Assembly: GCA_907165135.1 (NCBI GenBank)
Contig: OU015569.1
Location: forward strand, 4,588,001-4,652,000
DNA: 64,000 nucleotides
Source of the DNA: Oikopleura dioica
Taxonomy: Eukaryota; Animalia; Chordata
Direction: 5' to 3'
Position numbers and translations under genes: made by a program
The notes under the pieces: generated by a model
What the model saw: the letters and a program-made list of their open reading frames with translations, nothing else
Told to the model about the DNA's origin: nothing
The model's database searches: none
Shown here: positions 34,501 through 46,673 of the stretch, piece after piece
Position numbering within the stretch: position 1 is the stretch's first letter
Layout: each line of letters starts with the position of its first letter

Positions 34501-35460
34501 AGCCTGTTTTGCCAAAGAACTTGGCATTGTCACGGAGCACGAATGCGCTCACCGCCGCCTCCTCCAGAAAGAGCTTCAACTTCTTCTGGTGCTCTTCGTC
34601 TCGCGTGTTCCATTCGTTCACCTTGCGACTCTGGTTTGTTTTGAAACTCTTTGCACAGTCGATTGTTTGTTTTATCGATGATGCCACTTTTGCGAATTGT
34701 GAAATATCATCGTCTTCTTCCAGAATAGTGGCCATTCCTGCTGGAGCTTGAGCAAAAGAAGCTCCCATAAATGATCGTCGGATTTTAGAGACCTAGAAGT
34801 AATATTAAAATGAGTAGCCATTTATATTCTGAGTATCTAACCCGCGTCTTACAAACTTGTCTCTTCCAAAAATAGCACCACTTGATTTAGAGTTTAAAAC
34901 CAATAACGAACACTTAGATTATACCTGATATTGTCGTCTAACATCATCCTTGAAGTTGTTCATCTCCACTTCTTCGAATCCAAACGCGTCAATCATGATG
35001 TCCTTTGCCCGTTCACAGAGACTGGTCAGATGTTCTTGAGGATTAAGCAAAACATGAAACAAGTTTTGAGTAAATTGATATTCTCCGTCGTCATTCTTAT
35101 CAAAGCTTTTAATATTCTGAAAAAACTAAGGAAGCTCTCCTTCAAAACAAGAAAGAAACTGTGAATTTTTGTATCTAAAAGCGCTGCCTGTGGGAGAATT
35201 AGGCTAATCTTGCTTTTGAGCTCTCCATGAATAAGATTTTCTAGGTGCTGACGTACAATGACATCTCTTTTCGATGGGTTTATAGTTCATACTCTTGCAT
35301 ACTAAACACATACTAAATATCTACCCATTGGCTAAGCTCGCCTTCTGGAGATTTTCGCTCGACATCGTTCGGATCAATCAAGGGAACATTTAGTGAGTCG
35401 GTATTCACGTCGTAGATGATAAAGTACAAGTTCGCCAAGTTGACCTCGCCGACTCCTTCG
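31577..35460 (-). CDS. TRPM-like cation channel (5' end uncertain)
   Basis: S4-S5 linker HLGPMV; pore FKPYFMLYGE; S6 NLILLNILIAVF; TRP-helix region; MHR4-like ITILEIAKIGKLSRFVWDEVIQRQLGFIFRGGL; S1-S3 hydrophobic exons at 33.4-33.8 kb. Confidence 0.85.
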
Positions 35461-38400
35461 CGCGCCCTAAATTTCCTCTTTTAACAAGCTGCTAAAATGA
35501 GCTGTCACTTTTTGAGCAGACGAGTGCAACTGTTAGAAACAAGTTCTACAGTCGCGGGATCCAGCGCCGGGCGGAAAGGCTCTTGCTGATCTATAAGCGG
35601 AGTTCGCAGCGATAAAATACTTAGATTCTAGGATTGAATATATACTGCTTCAAAAATTATATTGTTATACGCAGAGGGAGATTTTTCTGAACTCGGGCCT
35701 CTATCACACTCGGCTAGCTCCATAATGGGCCGTAATGTTTCGCGCGTTCCGTTTGCAGAAGCTGCAGTGGATCGCCATAAACCTGTCTTGAAACTGTCAC
35801 TTCTTACCGTGCTTCGAGTTGGCGCAGCCGCTGCTCCACTACAAGTGCGATTTGTTCCTCGTCCATCCAAAGGTAGCTATTTGTGGCTCATCTCTTTGTC
35901 GAGTTCGTATTCTGAACGCTTCCGCTATGTTTTGTGGTATCAGTTGAGCCGGCCGACTTTACGCCAGAATCACGCTCGTTAACCATCAATAATGACGCCT
36001 GTTTCTCTAAGACCAGTAGAAACTTTCAGACAAAACCAGCTGTAGCACCTCGACACCGCGACGGCTCAAGCGCTTTTATGGCGTCAATAGACTGAAGAGA
36101 AAGTAGAAATATGGCCTCCCTAAAGGTCTTCACAAATCCCACGTTGGGATCTCTCCTAGAGCGAAATTTCACTTTGATTGATTCTCTGGGAATTCATATG
36201 TGAAAAGATTGTATCTGTACCTTCTAACTTTAAGGCGTCTCTTTTTGAGAAAATTAACTCTTTCAAAAGAAAAAACGGAAAAGGCACAAAAAGATAGGTA
36301 GTATGTTCGCTGCAGGGATCAATCCTAAATTGCTCCATCTTAGGTTGCTCATTATTAGATTAAAGTCGAATTCTCCTGAATTGAATTTTGGCAGACTGAA
36401 TTGAACTTGAATTTAACAGATTGAATGTCAGAAGACAGGGGACAAGTTGTTGATTGCGGTTTCAGCGGAGTAGCGGCCAGTCTACCCAAAGCATGCACCC
36501 GCTGAGAGAATACTGCTTTTGCATGAGGTGAGTTTTGAACATTCGACCAGAAATGAAGTTGATTTCTTACAAGTTGCTGTAGCACGAGAATTCGTAAAAA
36601 CACGGAACCACTTTCTCCTCGCGCCGCTGTTCATGTTCGACGGAGGACTCTTCCAGCTCTTAGCTCTCCAGGAATGATAAGCTAAGTTTCCCTTTCTTCG
36701 TTGATTGCAGTTTACGCGAAGAACTTATCAACTTTGAGCAAGGAATTCGAAAGATATCCAACATGGCTGGAAAAATGCGTTCTTCTATTTTTATTCCTCG
36801 TTAGAGTTTTATGCTGTATTTTAAACCAATAAAATTGAAAATTTGAGAGTTGGCAGTTGCGCTGAATGTTTATTAATAGCTACCAATCAAAATGATATAG
36901 TAAATTTCTGACAAGTTTCCATGGTTGGAAGTTTTTAAACAGACAACGTGCGAGGTGCTGAAAGTCATGTCAAGAATTTTAAATTTGCGAATCTACCATT
37001 AACAGGGGAGCTCATTGACCTGAGACCCCTTTCAATGTCGAATTAGCACCTGACCACTCTTAAGCTCCACACGTACAAACTAAATCATTAGATTTGCTCC
37101 GAAGTCTGATACGTCATTCTTTTTAAAACATTGATTATTTCAAATTTTCAATTATCTTCTTCTTTTTTGCCGAGGAAGGCAAAAAAATATATGCTTTTCG
37201 TGTCGAGCGCAAGAACTTATTTATGGGCTCATAATCGCCATCCTCAACTTATAGACGTCAATTCAAGCATGTGTCCTCGAAAGTCACTTTCAGTAATTTT
37301 TTGTCTGATCGGCTCGATGCTACGCAATGAAAAGGTTTCTCTTTGAAGGTACTAATTATATCGCTATTTGAGTAGTTGTACCCTTCCAGCTCCACTCACT
37401 TTGTTTGGTCTTGTATCGCTCTGATAAGTCCCGGGTCCAGATCCTGGGCAAGGAGCCTAAATCTCATTCATCAACTTCCGAGAAACAATCTCAAAATGCC
37501 AAAAAGTAGCGTTTTCTATACAACAACATTATCAGAGAAACCGCTTAGTGAGTCGGAAAAATCTTCTCTTATAAATAGGTACAAAAAACATGAAATAAAA
37601 CGAAGCCATCTAATCAATCCCGTTAATAGAACTAAAAGTTAGAATTATTGTAAGCATTTAAAAACCTCTTTATTGAAGTTATCCGACAGTTTCCTTTTAG
37701 TGACTCGATGGAATATGCCGCAAACATAAAGGCAGATCTTACCGGATGCCACCAGGGCGCGTTGAGCCCACCTCTGAGCACATGTAAAAGGTCGTTTTAT
37801 ATATCCGGGTAAGTGTGTATCTTACTTCTTGCAAGGAGAAACTACAAGTAGCAAAAATAATCTCACAATGATACTATGATTTTCATAAGAAAATGAACTT
37901 GAGACGAATTGAGATATCGTCATAAATAGAGGTCTAAATCGCTTACTTTATTCATTAACTTTCTGCTTCTACCAGTACATGAAAAGAGCAATAAGGAAAG
38001 CGAAATCGTCAGGAATTAGTGGTAGAATGACTGAGTAGATGATTTTCTGCGACAGTCACGATTTAGTCAGAGAACTAATCTTTGACTTCTGAGATGCTAA
38101 ATAAGCGAAATGACTTATCACAGAACCCATGGTCATCCGGCGTGGAGTTGCCCAATCATTGATACAGTAGGGGAGGTAGTCCCAAGTGCCACTTTCAAGG
38201 AGTGCTATATAGATGTCGAGCTTTGGCAGCGTGCAAGGCCAAGAGAAGTAGATCAAGACCCAAAATTTGAATAGTTTTTCAAGGTGCCCATAATTTTAAA
38301 AGTGTTTGGATCATTGAACGGGGTACTAATCCGAGAGAAAAGCGCCACTCTTCGCACCCCGCCAAAAATGCTATATGCGCCCCTAGTCGAGATTTTTGAC

Positions 38401-38565
38401 CATAATGATCGGCAGAGAGACAATTCACTACTTCTTGAGTCACACTGCCTCTGATTTCTGTTCTAATTGCGCCGGCCAGAAATTAGGGCCGATTTGGCGC
38501 GAATTAACCAGCTAGCTTCACCGACTTCAATTTTCAGTGTGCACAGTGCGTCAGAGAAGTCGAAG

Positions 38566-41500
38566 ATGACCAAGAGCTACGAAGAGCGCGTTTCTTCCTA
38601 CCGACGAACTTTTGGCCCCGAAGGTCCCGGCCAGGCCCAGGCCTCGCAACAGTCCACTCGCTCTGAGCACGTTTCCTACAGGTAACCATCAATCAACTAC
38701 TTCCGAATCAGAAAGAACAAACTCGCGAGTAATGCCATTTCAGCACTTCCAATCTTCTCGGCTCATCAATGGGCGGTGGACGCACCACTCCAACTGGCAC
38801 TTCCGGTACCAGACGAGTTCAGCGATCACATGAGCGAGCAAAGTCCTCCGGAGTCACTCGACGAGGTAATTTTTTTTTCTTATGAAACATTGATTACTTA
38901 TAAGTAAGGAAAACACATTTCTTTCGAAATTTATTTCTTTCAACCGCTGCGACTGGAGTAACTTTAGTAGGGATAATTGATAACGACCTGTTGATGACGA
39001 TCCCATAGATCGCTCTCTCTTTTCAATACACGCGAGCTGCCAGAGCTCTGTGAGGTCAAGTTCATTAGTAATCTTCAAAGAGCGTCAGTTCTGTTAAATA
39101 CTTTTAGATCTCGAAAACTTGGCTGCTCCTATCGGTCCCCAGTTTGTCTCCCAGAGAACCAACGAGAAAGAAGAACTCAAGACCTTGAACAACCGATTCG
39201 CCCGATACCTCAAGCGAGTCCAGGATCTCGAACGAGAAAACAAAATTCTTGAAGCACAGCTCACTCAGGTAAGAGTTTTTCGTCAATTTCCGCCGTCAGT
39301 AATCAATCAAATCATCCGAATTATTGTCGGCAAATTAACTCAGAAATTGTATTCAATTTACTCTTAATTTTTCAAATAACGACTAAAAAAGTTTAATGTA
39401 AATCTAGCTCAAATCTCGAGGACCTTCCAACCTTGCTGAAAAGTATGAAGAAGAGCTCCGACGACTCCGCCAGATGGTCGACAAGCTCACTCATGAGCGA
39501 GCTAAGGCCGAGATGGAGCGAGACAACTTCGCCAACGAAGCCGAGCAGTACCACGAAAAATACGAGGAAGAACTTGTAAATCAATGATTTCTTGGCATTC
39601 TCTTACCAGTTTTTAGGCCCTCCGAAAGGACCTCGAAGCTGACCTCGCTCAGATGCGAAAGGATTGCGATGACGCCACCCTCGTCCGAGTTGACCTTGAG
39701 CGAAAGATCGAAACCATGGTCGAAGAGATGGAGTTCCTCAAGAAGATCCACGCCGATGTAAGTCAATAATCGAGGTCCAAGGTGCTCAATTAATATTCAG
39801 GAAGTCCGAGAACTCAAGGATCAGCTCAACTCTGTTGAAATCAAGATCGAGGCTGCTCCTGGACCAGATCTCATGGGCATGATTGACGAGATCCGAGCTC
39901 AATACGATAAGCTCGCTGGTAAGTCTGACTAAGATCGTAATTTATGACCTCGAGAGATTCTCTCTTCTGCTTTCTGCAATCGTGGTAATAAGTATATAGT
40001 TGCTGAAGTAATTACGTAAGCAGAAATTAGGATTTCCGTGAGGGTTAGTGCTAAGTATCTCGAGTGTTCTAGTTTTACTAACGATATAAATAGCTCAGAA
40101 CAAGATGGAGGCCGAAGACATGATCAAGGCCCGCGTCGCAAAGGCCACCGAACAGTCGAAGAAGGACGCCGAGGCTATCCGAGAATACAAAGACCAAGTC
40201 GGCGAATACCGAAAGACCGTCCAGACCCTTCACATGGAGATCGACTCGCTCCGATCTGCGGTGAGCATTTAGCAAATTATCTATTGATACGTAGATTACA
40301 CGCGGCCGGGTGGTAATCCACATTAGCAATCCACAGGGCGCTGTCAAAATGTACAGATTAGGAAATTTTCATAATTCGTCGTCTCACATTCAAACGCATA
40401 TTTCGTTCAGAACGACTCTCTCAACAGAAACTACTCCGACTTGGAAGGACGAAGCCGACAAGATGCTAACAACTTTGAGGTTGACAGATTTATGTAACGA
40501 GCTGTTATATAACAACTATTCTAGGACCAGATCCGTGCTCTCCAGAACGAAATCGAGGACCTCAAGTCCCAGATGGCCAACCATCTCAGAAGCTACCAGG
40601 AATTGATGAATGTCAAGGCTGCTCTCGACTTGGAAATCAACACATACCGAAATCTCCTCGAAGGCGAAGAACAGAGGTTCGATCAAGCTCAGCAGAATGC
40701 TCAGCAATTTGCCCAGCAGTCTCAGTTTGACAAGCCCTTCTAAATTTGATTGTCCATCTATTGCAGAGACTGCTTAGTTAGCCCAATTAACCCCACTTCA
40801 CCCGTTAACTGAAAAACTAACCTTCTAACTAAATATCGATAAAAATGAGCCAGGACGACCCTGTTCTTGGAACGGTCCGGCGGGCCAGAATGCGTTCCAA
40901 CTCCAAAGTTCATATACGTATTTAAATGTCCCCTTTTACCTAAAAAATACGAAAAAAATCTACAAAAAGATAGAGAAGCTTCTGTTTAGATTGGATTCCC
41001 GACCCAACAATGCCGATCTTATGTCATACGCTCAGTCTACTCTCCAGGTAAGCTCAAATCAAATCGACAATAAGCAATCAAAATTATTAGCAGAGCCAAC
41101 CTGTTGCACAGCCTGAAGAGCTCTCGACGGTGACGCACAAGCGAGTCGTTGTTCGAACTATTCAGACCCGAGATGGAGAGGTAAGCGCGAGATTAACCCT
41201 TGAATGTGGCTTGTTGATAACATAAAAGTGTAGCAGACCGAATCAACGGAATCGACCACGGTTAGCGCGGGTGAGGTAGAGCCAGTCTCAGCCTCACTGA
41301 AGCCTCCCATGTCCCCGAGTCCAGCGCGACGCGCGTCCGGGGAACAGGCAGGTCGAGACCGCACTAAAAAATCCAGAGTCGGAAAGAAGGGCTCGCAAAG
41401 TCCCCAAATCCCTCGCAAATTGCTCCAGCGCGCGCGCTCGAGCTCCCGGGATTCCCTTCACTCTCTTGACAGTGAAGAAGTCTTAGTCCGTCATTATTCT

Positions 41501-41763
41501 ACCGAAGATCTTAGTGTAAGAACAAGTGCTAACAGTCACAAGACACGCGTTAAAATTAACTCACCCGCACCAGTGTCGAGCCTGTGATCCGGTCTTAAAC
41601 ATAGTACTTCCGTTTTGTAAAACTTCAATCAGCATGTTCGAGCCTGGTTCGGCTTTTTGTGCGTTGAACCGTTTATTTTGCATTTCGAAGAAGCCTTCGA
41701 AAATCTCACTCTCTTCTTAAGGTAATTGCTCAGTCAGAGGATGTCCGTGAATCCAATGAGTAA
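38566..41763 (+). CDS. Cytoplasmic intermediate filament protein, type III (vimentin/desmin)-like, with alternative tails
   Basis: Rod start [23 protein letters not shown]; rod end [20 protein letters not shown]; tail exon [13 protein letters not shown] and terminal exon [13 protein letters not shown] (41722-41763). No lamin Ig tail or NLS. Confidence 0.92.
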
Positions 41764-42177
41764 ACCAAAACAACGCAGACAGAAGCCACCCTGATTGATA
41801 CTTAAAAGAATGAACTATTCGTCAGTAAATATTACCCTTGTAAATCCATATTATTATCATTTATACCATTACTTGTATACATGTTCCTGATTTTTAAACG
41901 GCAGGACGATTGCCATGAAACTAACAAAGAATAAAGCGAATAAACTGCACTATGACTGGAATCAAATGAGATTGATTTATGTTATATTTAAAATTTACCT
42001 GGGCGTGCGTTCTTGAAATTGGTGGAAGCCGTTGTTGGTACGCTCCGTTCAGTTCCGCTACTAGTTATTTTCCGTTCGTAAAAAGTGTTTGATTGCACTC
42101 GGCAAACATCATGAAAATGAAATTTTCATTCTGCCAAGGACGCTTGAATCAATAGTTTAACTGAACTAAGGACAGAG

Positions 42178-43035
42178 ATGAAAGTACTGTTGGCAATAAT
42201 AGCTGCTGTTCGCGGGTAAGAATCAGAGGTGTTATGAAATCAAGGAGGACAACTAACTTTATTTTCTAACAAACATGAACTTTTGATAGTCTCACTTGCG
42301 AGGATGGTCAAGTGAAGACTTTTTTTAAAATGACGGAAGCGGAGCGAAATGCGAATTGGGACGATGTTTCCAAGGATCTTTTGAGAAACACCCTGACTAG
42401 TGCCTACAGGAAACACGTATGGCATATAGCAAGAGTTCGTTATCTATCTGTAGCTAGAACAACGACCAGAATGCGGAAATCGCTTGGGGCGAAGAGACAA
42501 GACGGGTTTCATTCTGTCTTCGAGTCAAGGATAACGTCAACAATGAATCTGCAAGAAAAATCCGCGAAGCCATCTACTACCTCAAACGTAATAGAACTTT
42601 GCATGAATTTTCTAAATAAAAATTCCAGCGAATATCTACGGAGCTATGCAAACAAATGAGAGTGTGCTTGTCTTCGACGGTGTCCCAAAGACATACGTTA
42701 TCGAAGAGGAGTCCAGTAAGTTGTTTGGCGCGTCCAAAGTATTATTTCTGATTTAGGACAATGGCTCTACCCTTATTACGCGTTTATGGGACTTGGACTT
42801 ATCGGTATTGCTGCTTCTCTCTACGCATCGGCGAAAGAAAACAAGGTCGACGAAGCGGAAGAAGAAGAGATGGAAGAAACAGAGAGAAAGTCATCCATCA
42901 GGTGCACTTATCCTATCTTGAAAAATTGAGAACAGCAATAATTTTAGCCCGTCCGACGTTAACACGAATTATCAGTCGATTGAAAAGGGCGATGGATTCG
43001 AAAGTCACGCTGATGATGGAGAAGCTGCTTTTTAA
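42178..43035 (+). CDS. Collectrin-like (CLTRN/TMEM27; ACE2 C-terminal domain) type I membrane protein, 6 exons
   Basis: Signal peptide MKVLLAIIAAVRG; ANWDD...SAYRK; ETRRVSFCLRV; AIYYLKPNIYGAMQTNESVLVFDGVPKT; TM WLYPYYAFMGLGLIGIAASLYA; tail GFESHADDGEAAF*. All introns are GT-AG and in frame. Confidence 0.7.
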
Positions 43036-43133
43036 ATCTATCGGACATTTGTATAGAATAAATCTAGTATAAACAACTTAATTTTGTAAATATCATTGGC
43101 ATTTATTTGTTAATATTGCAGGTTAATTAATTT

Positions 43134-44211
43134 TTAGTATTTTGAGGAAAGAAGTGAAGTGATTTCTTTGACCCTCTTCGGGTCGATTTCGTTTTCCCAA
43201 TATCCGTGTTCCTTGAACTCAGAGCCAATGATGAATCCATCAACCGACTCAGCATAGTGGAGAATATTCTTGGCGCTAGTACCAGAGCCGATAAAAACCT
43301 TCTGGTTCACTGATGCGCGCACTTGAGTGATATCGTTCTTCTCCACTGGTGTGCCTGTATGCTGCCTGTAATTTGACTTTGAAGAAGTTGAATGAGGAGT
43401 AAACCTTACCCGGTGACTATCAGGCCATCAGTTAGAAAGAAATCTGCAGCTACAGCTACGTCCGCTATTGAAAGATCTCCTGTTATAGCATGCGATGAGT
43501 GTTTCTTTTTGATGTCTTATTTTATGATTAAAAAGAATTATTTTCTAAATCAGTTGCATTTTTCTTTCTACAATCAAATTCCTGTGAAGATCTTAATATT
43601 GTCTGCTCCTATGTTGCGTCTATACCTAAGCAGTTCCGCTGCATCCGACTGCGCAAAGCCCTCGTCGCCGATATGTCCGAAGACAAACGATTCGCATCTA
43701 ATGCGACGATTACCATCGACTAATCTCAACAAACGCGGTCAAATCACCTGATAAAATCTAGATCCGCGGCGAGGGCTATAGACAGAGCTTCTTTATTTCC
43801 GCAGCTTAGGACTTGCACTCCAGCGGTGACTGTGGGAAACTGGGATCTGAATTGCTGCGCGATCGCCGCTCAATTTGGGTTTTCTCTGTTTCTAATTTCA
43901 GTTCTCAATTTGTAAGATTGCTACTAATTGCGCTCAAAACCGGACCCATTATGGCAGTTACTTCCGGGTTCCGATGTTCCGGCCTCTGATATGGGACATC
44001 ATGCATGTTCTCAATTATGATCCCATCGACCCCATTGTTTAGAAGGGTATCTACCTCTTGGAGCGCTTTGTCGGCTATCTGGCGGACGGTAAGTTTATTT
44101 CGGGGCGCACCTGGCAGCGCACGCTAAAGAGAACTGGGTCAATCATGCACACATCACCTATCACTAGGTATTTACCAGGTGTACCATGCCAAAGATAAGA
44201 GGACGCTGCAT
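43134..44211 (-). CDS. BtpA/SgcQ-family TIM-barrel protein
   Basis: IFGMVHL-RALPGAP; GVDGIIIENMHDVPY; KHSSHAITGD; DGLIVTG; FIGSG; DGFIIGSEFKEHGYWEN. Confidence 0.9.
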
Positions 44212-44540
44212 GATTGAAACCTGAAATGATCTTTGCTTATACTGGATCACAAAAAATGAAACTCCTCGCAGCAGAAGGAAAAATCTCATTTTGAATAAAA
44301 TTGAAATGTTAAATTTCAGTATTATTATCTTCGAGGGCAGTGTTGCTTATGAGCAGACGCGATGTATAAATGCGATAAAATGACATTGCATGTCGTGCTA
44401 CAAGCAAAAAGAAATGTACAAGATTTAAAGAAAGATAAAAATAGGGGAAATTTGGAAAATGGGACATTTGTAATTGAAAAAGTGAGGGTAAATTTGAAAT
44501 AACGACGTAATTTGCCAGTTAGATTGATAAGGACGGTCTA

Positions 44541-45323
44541 TCAGTAAGATGTGCCAGCTTCTTGTTTTTCTTCCTCGAGCACAACTTTGTTTTTCCGGTT
44601 CTCCTATAAAAATAATTAAGGAAAAAGTGAAAAAAGTGAATGTACCCAGAGAATTCGCTCCTCGTAGAACTGGAAGACCAAGTGAGGACATTTTGCCTTC
44701 GCTTCTTTTGCACTAACGATATCTGCAGTCTCGCTATTCTCCCTATATACCGCGTTTGTTTTCTAAGTCAAAAAGGATACTACTACCATTTAATCAAGAA
44801 GACAAGCTCTGCATCAGTACTAGCCTTCTTTCCATTTTCACCCTTTTCGTTGATCGTGGCCGCGCCGATAATTCTTTCTGGGACTAGCCCCCTTTCGAAG
44901 CCCTTCTTCTTGGTCAAGTCGACCATGTCCGTCAGTTTGCCCTCTGCACCTCGTTTCTTTCGGTTCTGCCACTTTGGATCGCTCTCCCTTTCCTTGCGCG
45001 CTTTGGCCAGCATCGCTTCTTCAGACTTTTTGGAATCTAAAAGTTATTCATTTGACTCCTTTGTTTGTTGAATTTGCGTTACCTTCCCAAGCTTTGATGA
45101 TCCCAGGGCAATCGAGGTTCTCTACTGGTTCCCAAGTGTCATCCTCACTAAGAATATAATATTTTTCAAATATGAAAGGTAGATCATACGCATCATAACC
45201 GCGCCATCTGATGAGGTATTGCAGTTGGCCCTGATAAGTGCGCTGGTTGAGGATTTTCTCAACTTCGAATTCATCTTCTTTGAATTCTTCCTTAGGCTCA
45301 GTCTTGGATTGGGGCTTCGACAT
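44541..45323 (-). CDS. CBX: HP1/chromobox protein (chromo + chromoshadow domains)
   Basis: [10 protein letters not shown]...YLIRWRGY...[12 protein letters not shown]; [14 protein letters not shown]...VFLIKW; [17 protein letters not shown]. Confidence 0.93.
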
Positions 45324-45922
45324 TCTAAAATGATTGCGACTAAGTTGTGGGTCCGGTAAAACTGTTGGAAGCGCGAATAGAAGGCCACTAACTCATGCTA
45401 ATGGGCTGTAAACTTGGATCAGATACGGGTTTTTACAAGCTCCAATAAACACGGCGATTCTGCCTCCCCATCGCCACCTGGGAGCCTAATCATTACGCGA
45501 ATAAATAGTCGACGCGCTCTCCTCCTTGGTGAGTAAATGAGCATGTTTAAAAAACAGCTAAAATACAGGGTCAGTTTGCCTGAAGAAAAGCCCATTCCCC
45601 CTCCCAGAGACTACGAAAACAACGACGACTCAATGCAGTACGACTATATTCCCTCTGAATCTTCAGAGAGTCTGAAAAGCTTCAGCAGCTCCTCAAGTAG
45701 CAGCATTAGCACCAGAGCACAAAGCAAACGGCTCAAGGTCAAACATTTTCTCTGCTTTCTCTAATACTAGTATTATCAAAAATGGTGTAAATAAAACGAA
45801 AAATTATCGAAAAGAGGTCGCTGTTTTGATCGATTTTTCTCAATCAAGCTCTATCCCGATTTAAAGAGTATTCTCACGATTTAGCAAGAGTTATTTTAAT
45901 TTTGTTTACTATTTCAATACAG

Positions 45923-46600
45923 CAGAGTTTGAAATGCTCGCAAATGCTCGCGAGCGCAAAGAGCGAGAGCGAAAATATATTATTGCTCTGAGAGCAGGGG
46001 AGCGGGAGCATGAAAATGAATATGTTCGAGAGCCAAAAGAGCGAGAGCCCAAATTTGAAACCGCTCGCGAGCGCGGAGAGCACGAGCGCATTTGTCGGCA
46101 ATGCTCGGGAGCTAGACGAGCGGGAGCGGCTGCTCTCGTGCTCGCCATGGAATCGACTCACGAGCGGCTCGCGAGCAAAATTAAAACAACAATTTTTTGC
46201 ATTATTATTCACTTTGATGGATAAATTTCTCTTGTGGATCAATTTTTCGTTTTTCCGTTTTGTGCAAGCTTCATTAGATCCGTTATCTCGGCAGCAGAAC
46301 GCGAAAAGCCGAGAGTAAACAGATAAAAGGTGCCCACCGCGAAGTGCTAACTCCTGTGAGAGGGACTCATTTGGAATTTGTTACGGGGTCGTCGAATCAT
46401 TTTAGGTTCTTGAAAGCTGCTCGGGAGTCAGATTTTTCAGCTCGGGAGCCAATCGAGCGAGAGCAAAATTTGACCAGTGCTCGGGAGCCAGGAGAGCGAG
46501 AGCGCGAAATGAAATCCGCTCGGGAGCACAAAGAGCATCATGCTCGTGCTCGCTCGCTCTCAAGAGAGCCGCTCGCGAGTCACGAAAATTTCAAACTCTG
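45923..46600. mobile_element. Non-autonomous hAT-type MITE, 678 bp
   Basis: 13-bp TIR CAGAGTTTGAAAT / ATTTCAAACTCTG; exact 8-bp TSD CAATACAG (45915-45922, 46601-46608); dense internal GCTCGCGAGC/GAGCGAGAG/GCTCGGGAGC repeats. Confidence 0.9.
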
Positions 46601-46673
46601 CAATACAGTATGTTTTCCGTTTTTATATGGTAGGAGCAGGACAGAAATTATATATTCATAAATTTGGGAGTGG

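Noticed and set aside
35480-36660. Exon-like minus-strand segments upstream of TRPM
   Set aside because: Could not be joined into a consistent frame or assigned to TRPM or another family.
45874-46661. Several overlapping Arg/Glu/Ala-rich ORFs
   Set aside because: By-products of the stop-poor internal repeats of the MITE.
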